A DNA stretch of 64,000 nt from the NCBI GenBank assembly GCA_050302075.1, contig JBNLAH010000001.1, forward strand, positions 320,342 through 384,341, in the 5' to 3' direction. Below the pieces are notes generated by a model. It was not told where the DNA came from, made no database searches, and worked only from the letters and a program-made list of their open reading frames with translations. Numbering within the stretch: position 1 is the first letter of the stretch; each line of letters begins with the position of its first letter. Origin of the DNA: Parachlamydiales bacterium (GTDB lineage Bacteria; Chlamydiota; Chlamydiia; Chlamydiales; SM23-39). Made by a program: the position numbers and the translations under genes. This document shows, one piece after another, positions 26,947 to 36,764 of the stretch.

Positions 26947-28680
26947 TTATTCTTTAGCTCCAACAGATATTAAAAGTTGCTTAATTTTCTCAATATCTCC
27001 GCCAAGGTAATCTCTAATCTTTCTTAAAGGTGTATATCCATCATTATTTTTGATATTTATATCACAATTGTTTTCTATTAAAATTTTTACACATTCATAA
27101 TATGTAATTACTTCATGTAAAAGAGATTCTCCATTTATATATTTATAATTGGGGTTAGCTCCATATTCCAATAGAAGTTTAAGCTTTTCTGAACTTCCTT
27201 TAAGAGGAAAGCTTTTAGCACATACCCATAAAGGGTAAGCTCCCTTGTAATCACTTTCAATTTTTACGCCTAGTTCAAGTAATGCTTTAATTCCATTTAC
27301 AGAACCTGGAATATCGCTATATACTGCATAATTTAATGGAGAGCTTACCCACCATAATGATCCTATATAAGCATCTTTAGCATTGTAGTTTAAATCAATA
27401 TTCCAATTTTTAAATAATCTTAAAACTTCAACAGAACCATATCTCGCAGCTATATGAATTGCTGTGCCTTCATATATATAATAGTATGGATTTGCCCTGT
27501 GTTTAAGTAGAGCTTCCGCCCCTTTCACATTATTAAATCTGGCAGCATATTGTAATGGTGAATTTGGGATCCATGCATCATTTTGATCTTTGCCCCAAAT
27601 TATTGGTTTAGGATTTACCTGCGCGCCCCTTTTAATTAAGAGGTTAATTAGGCTCTCATTTCCGAATGCTGCAGCAAAATCGAGGGCACTATCAGGATAA
27701 TCAAATGATGTATATGAAGATAAATCAGGAATTTTTCTAGATCTTGAATTAGGAGAAGCTCCATTATCTAAAAATAGCTCTACTGCTTTAAGATCATTTG
27801 CTCTTATAGCTGCATGCAAGGCAGGAATACCATACTCATTATTCCCATACTTAACTAACGCTTGAGACAACTCAGAATTTATTGATCCGTCTTTTTTAGC
27901 ACTGATTAAATTTGGCTTATTTGTAGATACCAATGTTGAAACAACAGGTAAAGTGCTTACACCAACAGTGCATAAAGCCGGAACATTTTTATTAAAAGCA
28001 ACACTCTCTTGTCGTTGAATTTTTTTTATTATTGCATCTATTTCCCATTTCTTTTGTAAGGCTTGTATTTGAGGAATAGTTTGGTTTACACGTATTGCCG
28101 TCATTAAAGCATGTCCTGCAAATTCAAGATAGTTACCTTCTTTAAGTTCTTTAATCGAAGAGTGACTTCCTAAGATAACCTGACAAGCTAGAGAAAGAAT
28201 TTGATACTCCAATCCACCATGAGTCATAGTTAGTAAATAGAAAATATTATTGGCAAGTTGAATTATCTCTTGAATAGCTTTGTCATTTTTGCCACTTACA
28301 ATTGCTTGAATAAGTCGATGTCCATTTAAAGTTAAATCATGTCCAGTTGTAATAAGCATTCCAATTGGATGTAAAAGAATAGTTCCAGCTATAGAAGATA
28401 TTGCCAAGGCGGTGTTTGCTATAGATTTACTGAGCTTATAAGCATCCGCTTCTTTAATGGCAGATATTAATTCAACAGAGCAAGAAAGAACTCTAGCCGC
28501 ACTTGTTCCAATTGCTAAAGTTTTTCCAAAGGGTTTGTATAAGCTAATAAAAGGAAGAGCAACTAAACCAACTCGCTGCATTTGATTTAGAACAGAGTTT
28601 TTATCTTCACACTCTGCTAAGTCGTTTTTATAATCTCTATGAAAATAATTAGGAGATTTTATATCTAAAACTTTACTCAT
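26947..28680 (-). CDS. ankyrin-repeat protein with hydrophobic N-terminal domain (putative effector)
   Basis: Repeats PALHAAIRAND, SALDFAAAFG, SPLQYAARFN, TAIHIAARYG, SPLNYAV, GANPN, GYTPL. Confidence 0.9.
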   Translation of the reverse strand: MSKVLDIKSPNYFHRDYKNDLAECEDKNSVLNQMQRVGLVALPFISLYKPFGKTLAIGTSAARVLSCSVELISAIKEADAYKLSKSIANTALAISSIAGTILLHPIGMLITTGHDLTLNGHRLIQAIVSGKNDKAIQEIIQLANNIFYLLTMTHGGLEYQILSLACQVILGSHSSIKELKEGNYLEFAGHALMTAIRVNQTIPQIQALQKKWEIDAIIKKIQRQESVAFNKNVPALCTVGVSTLPVVSTLVSTNKPNLISAKKDGSINSELSQALVKYGNNEYGIPALHAAIRANDLKAVELFLDNGASPNSRSRKIPDLSSYTSFDYPDSALDFAAAFGNESLINLLIKRGAQVNPKPIIWGKDQNDAWIPNSPLQYAARFNNVKGAEALLKHRANPYYYIYEGTAIHIAARYGSVEVLRLFKNWNIDLNYNAKDAYIGSLWWVSSPLNYAVYSDIPGSVNGIKALLELGVKIESDYKGAYPLWVCAKSFPLKGSSEKLKLLLEYGANPNYKYINGESLLHEVITYYECVKILIENNCDINIKNNDGYTPLRKIRDYLGGDIEKIKQLLISVGAKE

Positions 28681-28791
28681 AATATCAACTTATTAATAAA
28701 TTTAACGATATTAATTATATTTAATTATTATATCCACTTCAATTTAATTGATTTTTTTAAACAGCAATTGTAAACTAAAACTTTTAGTAGG

Positions 28792-29364
28792 GTGTGTTTT
28801 ATGGGTAAAGGTTATAAAAAAAATATTCAAAGCTACTGTAAGGGGCCAAAAATTAGTTTTGAGATTAAAGATAATAAATTTATTGATGCTAAGCTTGATG
28901 GCAAAAAGATCGATCTTTACAAAGATCACAAATCTGGAGAAATTTTTCTTAAAAGACTTTGCGAATTAACACAACAGAACGAGCGAGATTTAGCTTTCTT
29001 TTCATTAGAACATGCTCGCATGGCATTATGTAAAGATGAATCAGAAAAGCCTCGAACATTCATTTTAAATTCTCTTCAGCAGCTACAGCCAAAAGACTCT
29101 GTAGAGTTTTCATTAATTGAGCAGTTTTTAGTATTGCATGATCAAGGAATAAATAGGTTAGCTAGAGCTAATCACTCTGATAATATTAGCAACTCAAGCC
29201 TTCAAATAAACATGGCTATTAAACTTTTAAGACTATCTCAAGAAACACTTTCTACCTTGATGAAATATCGAAATAAGGGGCAACAGCAAGTGTTTGTAAC
29301 ACATGTAAATAAAGGCGGCAAAGCAATTGTAGGTAACGTAAGCGGGAATGGGGGGAAGGAATGA
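28792..29364 (+). CDS. hypothetical protein paired with HGGxSTG protein
   Basis: C-terminal KYRNKGQQQVFVTHVNKGGKAIVGNV; 4-nt overlap with the next gene. Confidence 0.7.
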   Translation: MCFMGKGYKKNIQSYCKGPKISFEIKDNKFIDAKLDGKKIDLYKDHKSGEIFLKRLCELTQQNERDLAFFSLEHARMALCKDESEKPRTFILNSLQQLQPKDSVEFSLIEQFLVLHDQGINRLARANHSDNISNSSLQINMAIKLLRLSQETLSTLMKYRNKGQQQVFVTHVNKGGKAIVGNVSGNGGKE

Positions 29365-29624
29365 AAAATGAAGTAGAACCTCTTGTCCTCTGTGGGGCGA
29401 AGAGCAAAAGGACTGGTTTATCTTGTAGACAACCATCTATGAAAAATGGGCGATGTAGATTGCATGGGGGAAAATCTACAGGGCCTAAAACTCTAGAAGG
29501 TCTACTTAGAATTAAGAAATCAAAAACTAAGCATTCCTATTACTCAAAAGAAGCTATTCAAGAAAGAAAAAATATTCGCAATCTTATAAATAAGTCTAAA
29601 TTACACGTTGAGAAATGTTTATAA
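29361..29624 (+). CDS. HGGxSTG domain protein
   Basis: CGAKSKRTGLSC...NGRCRLHGGKSTGPKT. Confidence 0.88.
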   Translation: MKNEVEPLVLCGAKSKRTGLSCRQPSMKNGRCRLHGGKSTGPKTLEGLLRIKKSKTKHSYYSKEAIQERKNIRNLINKSKLHVEKCL

Positions 29625-30420
29625 AAACAGGCATGGTTTCTAAAAGAACTTTAGGAGTAATTTTTGTGTAGGTCTTAAGTTTTCTGCAAGCTCTATCAAA
29701 GTAAGAAATTAAGTGATTTCTTTTAATATAATCTCCATGACTTGTTTGAAAGACTAGTTCATTATCTTTATAACCTTTTCTAGTCTTAAGATTTATTAAA
29801 TTATCAATTATATGCCTTGGATACTTTATCAAATGCTTTTGAAAATTAATGCAGCTCATATTATTGCTAACTTGGTGCCATTTAAGATTTAGAACCTCAT
29901 CTAGTGTTGGAGCTCCAAAGTATAAAACTTTTGCTAATAGAGACTCTCTTTCTGGCAATAATAAACTAAATTCAACAAAAAGTTCATAATTTAACTTTCT
30001 AAAAGCGCACTGCTGCTTATCTGGATCGTAAGGTAGTTGAAATATTCCTAGTGTTTTTTCATGCAAAAAAGAAAAAAAACTGATGATATTAGCAACAATT
30101 TTTTCTTGAATAGAACGGTCTAATTTTGAATTAGTTCTTATTTCTTCTATGATGAGATGAAAACCACCTGATCTCAGTTCTCCTATAGTTTTTAGATATC
30201 CGAATTTATTAATAAAATTGATAAGAGTTTCGCTCATTAGATCAAAATCATTTGTTTTTGTTTTTGTTTCATTACTCCATAAAGTTAAAATTGGAAGTAT
30301 ATCTAGTTCATATAGTTTGTTTTCAAACTTGCCTCTAGATTCATAAAGATCTTGGGAAAGTTTATTAAAAAGTTTCATTTGCGATGGAGTATCTTTCATA
30401 TCATCCGAAAATTTTTTCAT
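29596..30420 (-). CDS. degenerate tyrosine-recombinase-like protein (chlamydial plasmid pGP7/pGP8-like)
   Basis: SFFSFLHEKTLG, RESLLAKVLYFGA..LDEVLNLKW, LVFQTSHG, KITPKVL; catalytic R, HxxR and Y absent. Confidence 0.65.
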   Translation of the reverse strand: MKKFSDDMKDTPSQMKLFNKLSQDLYESRGKFENKLYELDILPILTLWSNETKTKTNDFDLMSETLINFINKFGYLKTIGELRSGGFHLIIEEIRTNSKLDRSIQEKIVANIISFFSFLHEKTLGIFQLPYDPDKQQCAFRKLNYELFVEFSLLLPERESLLAKVLYFGAPTLDEVLNLKWHQVSNNMSCINFQKHLIKYPRHIIDNLINLKTRKGYKDNELVFQTSHGDYIKRNHLISYFDRACRKLKTYTKITPKVLLETMPVFINISQRVI

Positions 30421-31459
30421 TCATACTTCTTAAAACTGTTGAAGTGTGTGACTCACTTAAGTGAGCATATTTTTTAGACATTTGTATGCTCTTATGGCCT
30501 AAAATTTCTGCAATTTCAGTCAGTGAGGCTCCATTCATAGCTAAGTAACTAGCGCAGGAATGCCTTAAATCATGCCAACGGAAATCTTCAATATTTGCAT
30601 TTTTAATGGCGGTTTCCCATGCGGACCTAAGATCTAAAGGTTTTTTATTATTTTTACTAGGAAATACTAATGTTGAAGTTAAAGGTCTGTTTCTTTCATG
30701 TTTTTTTAACATTGTAAGAGCTAAGTGTGTTAATGGAACTGATCTAGTTTCTCCATTTTTTGTTTTATAAAGAACAATTCTACAATTTTTTAAATCTACA
30801 TTAGACCATGTTAAGTTCATTAGCTCGCTTTTTCTTATTCCTGTACTCAAAGCAATGACGACTGCTAGATAAAGATAAGAATTTTTGCTTTTTTTACACT
30901 CTATTAATAAAGCTTCTCTCTCTATATCGCTTAAATATCTTGATCTGCCTTTTGGTTCTTTAGGTTTTGTAATCTTTTGAACAGGGTTATCCTCAATCCA
31001 TTGATATTCTTTGACCGCTATACTTAATACATGAGATAGAGCAGCTAAGTATCTAACTACGGTTGATGGTGACTTTTTAGTACCTTTAGGTGTAATCTCT
31101 TGGCTCAGCTTATCTTTATATTCTGAAATTAAGGCAGGAGTTATATCAGCTAAAAGATATTTTCCTATTTTTTGTTTCCACCAGGCCAATTGATATCTTT
31201 TATCTTTAGCATTATTGGGATAATTAGGTAAAAAATCAGCAGAATATCTTTCAATTAGATCATTTAAAGTGTGTTTTTTTGCCTCTGAAGTTTTAAAATG
31301 ACGCCCTTCCCTTATGGCTGCTTCGGTCTGCTGCGCCCATCTTTTCGCGTCATGTCTTTTTTCAAAAGTAGCTGTTTGAGCTGGATATCCTTTTATTCTT
31401 ACCTGAACTCTGTAAGTTTTTTTTCCGTTTTTAGTAAGTCTCTTTTGTATATTGGCCAT
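30401..31459 (-). CDS. tyrosine integrase (element A), intact
   Basis: TGIRKSEL (R), TKNG (K), HDLRH, LGH, KKYAH (Y). Confidence 0.95.
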   Translation of the reverse strand: MANIQKRLTKNGKKTYRVQVRIKGYPAQTATFEKRHDAKRWAQQTEAAIREGRHFKTSEAKKHTLNDLIERYSADFLPNYPNNAKDKRYQLAWWKQKIGKYLLADITPALISEYKDKLSQEITPKGTKKSPSTVVRYLAALSHVLSIAVKEYQWIEDNPVQKITKPKEPKGRSRYLSDIEREALLIECKKSKNSYLYLAVVIALSTGIRKSELMNLTWSNVDLKNCRIVLYKTKNGETRSVPLTHLALTMLKKHERNRPLTSTLVFPSKNNKKPLDLRSAWETAIKNANIEDFRWHDLRHSCASYLAMNGASLTEIAEILGHKSIQMSKKYAHLSESHTSTVLRSMNEKIFG

Positions 31460-31588
31460 AAGTATTCACAAATAAATATAATATACAAAAATATGCGAAA
31501 ATTTGCAAACTCCGGATTTTAAATCAGATGGTTTTTTTATTTTTTGTCACTAGTAGTTAAGAGGTTATTACATGTAAAAAATGTTAAT

Positions 31589-31684
31589 GGCACATTTAAG
31601 GCACACAAAAGTTGCTTTTTTTGCAAATTTTATAGAATTTTTGCGTTAATGAAAGTTTCTGACTAAGTGTGCCGTTTGTGTGCC
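31589..31684. repeat. paired TGTGCC repeats, putative arm-type sites (right end)
   Basis: GGCACA at 31589 and 31600; TGTGCC at 31668 and 31679; both pairs have an 11-bp period. Confidence 0.65.
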
Positions 31685-31758
31685 AAATCACAAAAAGAAT
31701 GTAGGTGGAAGTTAGGAGTTCTGATTATAAATAACTGAAATTTAAAAGATTAAAGATG

Positions 31759-31832
<74 letters not shown>

Positions 31833-31944
31833 ATAAGGAGTAACTAAAGATACATTATTGTGTAGAAAGAAATCAAGAAAATTTGAATTCTTGTGTGTAT
31901 AAAGCTGTTAAGGTTATTATATTTGGGCTTACAATGGCTTTTTT

Positions 31945-33168
31945 ATGGAAACAGTAGATCATTATCAAAAAAAAACTAAATGGGGAGTCTTACTTACAAA
32001 TATTCTAAGTGAGCCCTTATTTGCATTGTATAATTTAATATCTTATATCTTGAAAGGGGAGCTTGGAGCTACTCCTATTCAAATCGCAATTCTAATGATG
32101 TTAAGGCCAACTGTTTCTATTTTATCACTCTACTGGAGTGCAAATCTTCACGAAAGATCAGATAAACTCAAGTCTAATTTATTAGGTGCAGGGTTTTTGG
32201 GGAGAATGCTTTTTTTATTTTTTCCAATCTACCAAAACATCTGGTTTGTCATTATAGCTTCTGCAGTTTATCTATTATTTTACAGAGCTGGAATCCCAGC
32301 TTGGTTAGAGATATTAAAGCTTAACTTACCAAACAAAAGTAGAGAAAAGATTTTTGCTCTGGGCTCAGCTATTGGATTTTTAGAATGCGCAGTTTTAGGA
32401 ATTATTTTTGGGAGAATAATGGATGGTAACCCAGGTAGTTGGCAGATATTGTTTTTCTTGAGCTCATTGCTCGGAATGTTGAATCTAGTATTCTTATCAA
32501 GCATACCAATTAACCAAACTTTTGAAGATTCAGACAAGAAAAAAAACAAAGAATCTTTTCTAAGTCAGATTACAAAGCCTTGGAAAGAAAGCTTTGGCCT
32601 TGTAAGGTCAAACTTTGAATTTGCCAGATTTCAATGGGGCTTTATGCTATCAGGAATAGGTATTATGTTAGTTCAGCCAACATTACCTGTATTTTTTCAA
32701 GATAGGCTTCATTTATCTTATACTGATATTTTTATTGGTCTTACTTTCTTCAAGAGCCTAGGCTTTGCTACTTCCTCTCCAATATGGGGGAGAATGCTCA
32801 ATCGCTATTGGATTAATGAGCTTTCAAGCTGGGTATTTTTTATGGTTGGGTTTTTCCCTTTTCTTTTGTTACTAGCTCCTCTTGGAAGAAGCTGGGTATA
32901 TTTGGCTTTTTTCTTTTATGGGATTGCCCAAGGAGGGAGTCATTTAATTTGGAATATGTCCGGACCAATTTTTTCTGGTAATGAAAATAGTGCAAAGTTT
33001 AGTAATGTCAACATCGTGATGGTAGGTTTAAGAGGAATGGTTGCACCTATTCTTGGTGGGATCATATCAACTTATTTTGGTTCTATGACAGTTTTAATTC
33101 TAGGTGGTGGTTTTTGTTTTTATGGAAGCTACTGGATGATAATGTCTAAAAAACCAGCAAAGGCTTAA
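31945..33168 (+). CDS. MFS transporter
   Basis: 407 aa with two bundles of hydrophobic segments and a central charged loop. Confidence 0.85.
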   Translation: METVDHYQKKTKWGVLLTNILSEPLFALYNLISYILKGELGATPIQIAILMMLRPTVSILSLYWSANLHERSDKLKSNLLGAGFLGRMLFLFFPIYQNIWFVIIASAVYLLFYRAGIPAWLEILKLNLPNKSREKIFALGSAIGFLECAVLGIIFGRIMDGNPGSWQILFFLSSLLGMLNLVFLSSIPINQTFEDSDKKKNKESFLSQITKPWKESFGLVRSNFEFARFQWGFMLSGIGIMLVQPTLPVFFQDRLHLSYTDIFIGLTFFKSLGFATSSPIWGRMLNRYWINELSSWVFFMVGFFPFLLLLAPLGRSWVYLAFFFYGIAQGGSHLIWNMSGPIFSGNENSAKFSNVNIVMVGLRGMVAPILGGIISTYFGSMTVLILGGGFCFYGSYWMIMSKKPAKA

Positions 33169-33237
33169 TTCATAAAAAACTTTGAGTATAAAAAATTAAT
33201 GTGTATATAGAAGTTTATAAATATATACTCAATTGCT

Positions 33238-34425
33238 ATGCCTAGAGTCTTACTTTTTTTCTTATTGCTCGCTACCAATTATTTATTTTGCTCGGTAAAT
33301 GTTACAGAGGAGAATAAAGATGAAGTAGCTGTCATTTTGACTAGAAGTGACTCAATACCAATTGAATCAATAGAGGATTGCTCTGATCCATATTTTGAAG
33401 GTTATATTCAAGCATTAGTTGATTTTAACTATGCAGAATATCAAGTTGTTGTAATGGTCAAGGATAAAGAAGTATGGCTTGCAAACCTACCTAATAATGC
33501 ACTTATAGCCGACAGTATAGTTGCATACATTTGTGAAGTTCCTGGAGTTAAAGCTGTCCATAAACTAAATGGGGTTCCCCCAAAAGATGAAGAACTAAGA
33601 GAAAAATATGTAGACAGACCTAGGCTAAAAGGAATTTGGTTTCCCCAAATGACAGAGCTTTTTCAACCTTTGGTGGCAGACCCTAGAGAAATTGTCTATT
33701 CAATTGGTTATAGATGGGGCGACCAAGTTATAGGGGATAAAGTAGTCCCTGTCTCACTAGGAGATGACTTTTCAATTTATAGATGGCTAGATGTTTGGGG
33801 AGGAGACCTTTCTATTGGGATTGCAGCATGTATATGGTCTGTATTCGATATGGATCCGCCAAAGCCAAAAATTAATGCCGGGACAGAGCTAAAAAATACT
33901 GACTATTTTGTTGGTATTCCTATTCAATATGCAAGAAACAAGTGGTCATTTCGTTTCAGGGTTTACCATATATCATCTCACTTAGGTGATGAGTTTTTAG
34001 TTAATAACCCAGGTTTTGTAAGAGTAAATCCAAGTAGAGAGGCGGTTGAACTTTTCGCGTCATATCAAGTTTATGGCTTTTGGAGAATCTATGGGGGCCC
34101 AGGCGTGAATTTTCACAGTGACCGGACATTTAAAATAAAACCTCTTTATTTTGAATATGGAACAGAGTTTCGATTTCTTGGTACAAAGTATATTTGCCAA
34201 AGGCTATATGGAAATTTTTATGCTGCAGCGCACTTTAGAAGCTGGGCGCAGTTAAACTGGGATTTTGATGGAACCTTTGTTGCAGGCTATGAATTCAGTA
34301 AATTACAAGGAATTGGGCGAAAGATAAGATTTTTCTTTGAGTATCACAACGGATTTTCTCTAGAAGGACAATTTTTTAACATGCGTACATCTTATTGGAG
34401 CTTCAGGCTCTCATATGGGTTTTAA
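33238..34425 (+). CDS. DUF1207-like exported/outer membrane protein
   Basis: Signal peptide, FQPLVADPRE, YHISSHLGDEF, terminal aromatic SYGF. Confidence 0.75.
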   Translation: MPRVLLFFLLLATNYLFCSVNVTEENKDEVAVILTRSDSIPIESIEDCSDPYFEGYIQALVDFNYAEYQVVVMVKDKEVWLANLPNNALIADSIVAYICEVPGVKAVHKLNGVPPKDEELREKYVDRPRLKGIWFPQMTELFQPLVADPREIVYSIGYRWGDQVIGDKVVPVSLGDDFSIYRWLDVWGGDLSIGIAACIWSVFDMDPPKPKINAGTELKNTDYFVGIPIQYARNKWSFRFRVYHISSHLGDEFLVNNPGFVRVNPSREAVELFASYQVYGFWRIYGGPGVNFHSDRTFKIKPLYFEYGTEFRFLGTKYICQRLYGNFYAAAHFRSWAQLNWDFDGTFVAGYEFSKLQGIGRKIRFFFEYHNGFSLEGQFFNMRTSYWSFRLSYGF

Positions 34426-36548
34426 ATGTCTTTGGGTACAACGTAAAATCCTCTCTTATGGAATTCTTTGTCTTTTCCAATATCTAGAGTTCCTTCAAAA
34501 AATTTCTTGTAGACCCAAAGTGCTTGCTTTGCATTTTGAACACAGTAAACACAGTTGCTTACCCATTCAGATCCCTTGATAGTACCTGTTTTTAAATTAC
34601 ATTGGAACCTAGTTGTAATTTTAGCTTCCCAGTAACTTGGTTGTCCGAATAAAATTACTGGAGTGATAGAACAGGATCCAGTTTTTCTCCTAACTTCTTC
34701 TAAGCTATATTCAAAATCTGTTCCAATGCCTCCCGGCAAGATGATAGGAAAGTCTAAATGAAATTCTGCTTGTCTTTCTACAAGATGATCCAAACGATAT
34801 GTCATCTTAGCATCAATGTAGCGGTTAATTTTCTGCTCATTTACAACAGATTTGTCTTTTCCTCTAAAATCAACGATATTTGCACAGGATAATATGCCTA
34901 TCTCTTTGGCGACACGGTTCCCGAGTTCCATAACTCCTGGTCCTCCACCTGTCACTAAAGCAATTGGGGAGTTCGGATAAAGTAGAGGATGCTCTATGGT
35001 GTTTCTGAGATCCAAAATACCTTCAAATAAATTTTTCAACTCCGACTCAAGAGGGCTCTCTTTTAAGTTTGATCCATATACTCCAAACACAGTAGCTTTT
35101 CTAAAATCTTCAATTAAATTTATTGGAACGAACATGCCAGTATCTTTTTCAGGCTTAATAGTGAATTGCAAGACATTATTGGAAATTGAATCAACCCAAA
35201 AAACTGGAATTCCAAACTTAGCAAGATCTACTAAGAAAGCCCTATCCTCATAAGAGAAATAGTAGTCGTAAGCGTAAGATGGTAATTTAAAATAAATCCC
35301 TTTTAAACACCTTTGAATATAGCTTTCTAAAAGTAGTCTTTTCATCAAAGGGGTGGGAAAATAATTAGTGAATAAAACTCCTTGAGATGTAATAAGCTCT
35401 TCTTCAATCGCCTTTAAAAAAGGGTAAGATGGCTGTTTTTCTATATACTTTTCGACAATCGCAGCTTGTCTGGAAGGGTGAGATATTCCCGGAAACTCAT
35501 GCTTGTGTGGGTCTCTTTGAACCCAGTCTTCTGACTTTAAGTTTTTTAACTGTTCACCTTTGACTATGAAAACAGCTGAAGGCAATTTCTTAGGTTCAGG
35601 GATTGTTTCAAATACTTTAAATAAAGAAGACTTATCTTCTAATGCTGCTTGAAGTTGATCTCTATCTTCAAAAAAAACGTGTTCTCTGTGCGGTTCAAGG
35701 GTATAAAATTCTAAAGGGATATTATCTAATTCCTGCTCTGATGTGCCATACAGTTCATAAATATCTCCAGATGCAAAGGTGTCAGGTTGTAGAACATTTG
35801 CAGCTGTATGAGAAAATCCTCTAGGAAGGTGTTGATCTACAACTTTGGCATATACTGTTCTAATATGTAGCGGAGTAGTCTTAACAAGCAGCAGCTCATT
35901 TTTTTCAACAATTCTTGGAAGAGACTCCTGAAATATTTGGTGTAGCTGTGTCAGTTTCCTTGTGGAAAACCCTCCATGTACTAATGCTTTTATCAATGTT
36001 GGCAAAAATCCATCAATAGAAGGTTCGTACTTTATAACTCCCGGTTTAAGTGCAACAAAAGCAATTGTCCTACCTTCAATTTTCTCCAGGACAAAATCAT
36101 CACTTCCATATCCAGATCCAAGAGATAATAGCGGCCTGTTATACCTATCTGTCCTGCCAAACATTCTTAAAAGGTATTCCGGATCTCTAACTTTTCTGCG
36201 ATCATCTGCAGCAAATAATTTACCAATGCTTGTACCTATGGCGAGTTGATTTAATAACTCGATCCCAAGCTTTCCTATTCCATAAATCTTTAAATGAACT
36301 TTTGCAGATTTTTTTTCTTTATTTAATTCTATGTGTCCATCTTCAGTATTTAATCCAATTTGTGCGCATGTACTCTTAAGGTTAAACTGGACTAAAGCCT
36401 TATCTATCTCAAATCCTTTAAAGCTTGGAGAAATATTAGATATATTAACTATTGCCTCAAGGCTATTATGAGTTTTTTTTGTGATTTCTTCGATTGAGCC
36501 ATCAGGAGAAACAAGGTCATAGTGATAGTGGGCCAAATAACTTTCCAT
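34422..36548 (-). CDS. conserved chlamydial protein with C-terminal LOG/lysine-decarboxylase-like domain
   Basis: LVTGGGPGVME, ERQ, LPGGIGTDFE. Confidence 0.8.
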   Translation of the reverse strand: MESYLAHYHYDLVSPDGSIEEITKKTHNSLEAIVNISNISPSFKGFEIDKALVQFNLKSTCAQIGLNTEDGHIELNKEKKSAKVHLKIYGIGKLGIELLNQLAIGTSIGKLFAADDRRKVRDPEYLLRMFGRTDRYNRPLLSLGSGYGSDDFVLEKIEGRTIAFVALKPGVIKYEPSIDGFLPTLIKALVHGGFSTRKLTQLHQIFQESLPRIVEKNELLLVKTTPLHIRTVYAKVVDQHLPRGFSHTAANVLQPDTFASGDIYELYGTSEQELDNIPLEFYTLEPHREHVFFEDRDQLQAALEDKSSLFKVFETIPEPKKLPSAVFIVKGEQLKNLKSEDWVQRDPHKHEFPGISHPSRQAAIVEKYIEKQPSYPFLKAIEEELITSQGVLFTNYFPTPLMKRLLLESYIQRCLKGIYFKLPSYAYDYYFSYEDRAFLVDLAKFGIPVFWVDSISNNVLQFTIKPEKDTGMFVPINLIEDFRKATVFGVYGSNLKESPLESELKNLFEGILDLRNTIEHPLLYPNSPIALVTGGGPGVMELGNRVAKEIGILSCANIVDFRGKDKSVVNEQKINRYIDAKMTYRLDHLVERQAEFHLDFPIILPGGIGTDFEYSLEEVRRKTGSCSITPVILFGQPSYWEAKITTRFQCNLKTGTIKGSEWVSNCVYCVQNAKQALWVYKKFFEGTLDIGKDKEFHKRGFYVVPKDI

Positions 36549-36764
36549 ATTTTTTATTGACCGTTTCTTAATTTAGATGTTCTGATTACAATTTTCATGA
36601 TTGCAATGTAAAGAGAAAGGATATATTACTACAAGAAAAATTAGTGGCTGATATTCTCTCTGATTTAGGCAGAGGTTTACTTTCAATAGCGATAAATTTC
36701 GAAAGAATAAAAGATTGATTATGCTATAGTCTTTAGTTTTTTCATATCTAGATTGAGGATTTCT

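Noticed and set aside
28744-29436. Short overlapping ORFs 28744..28929, 28748..28969 and 29233..29436
   Set aside because: Alternative-frame overlaps of the better supported 28792..29364 and 29361..29624 genes.
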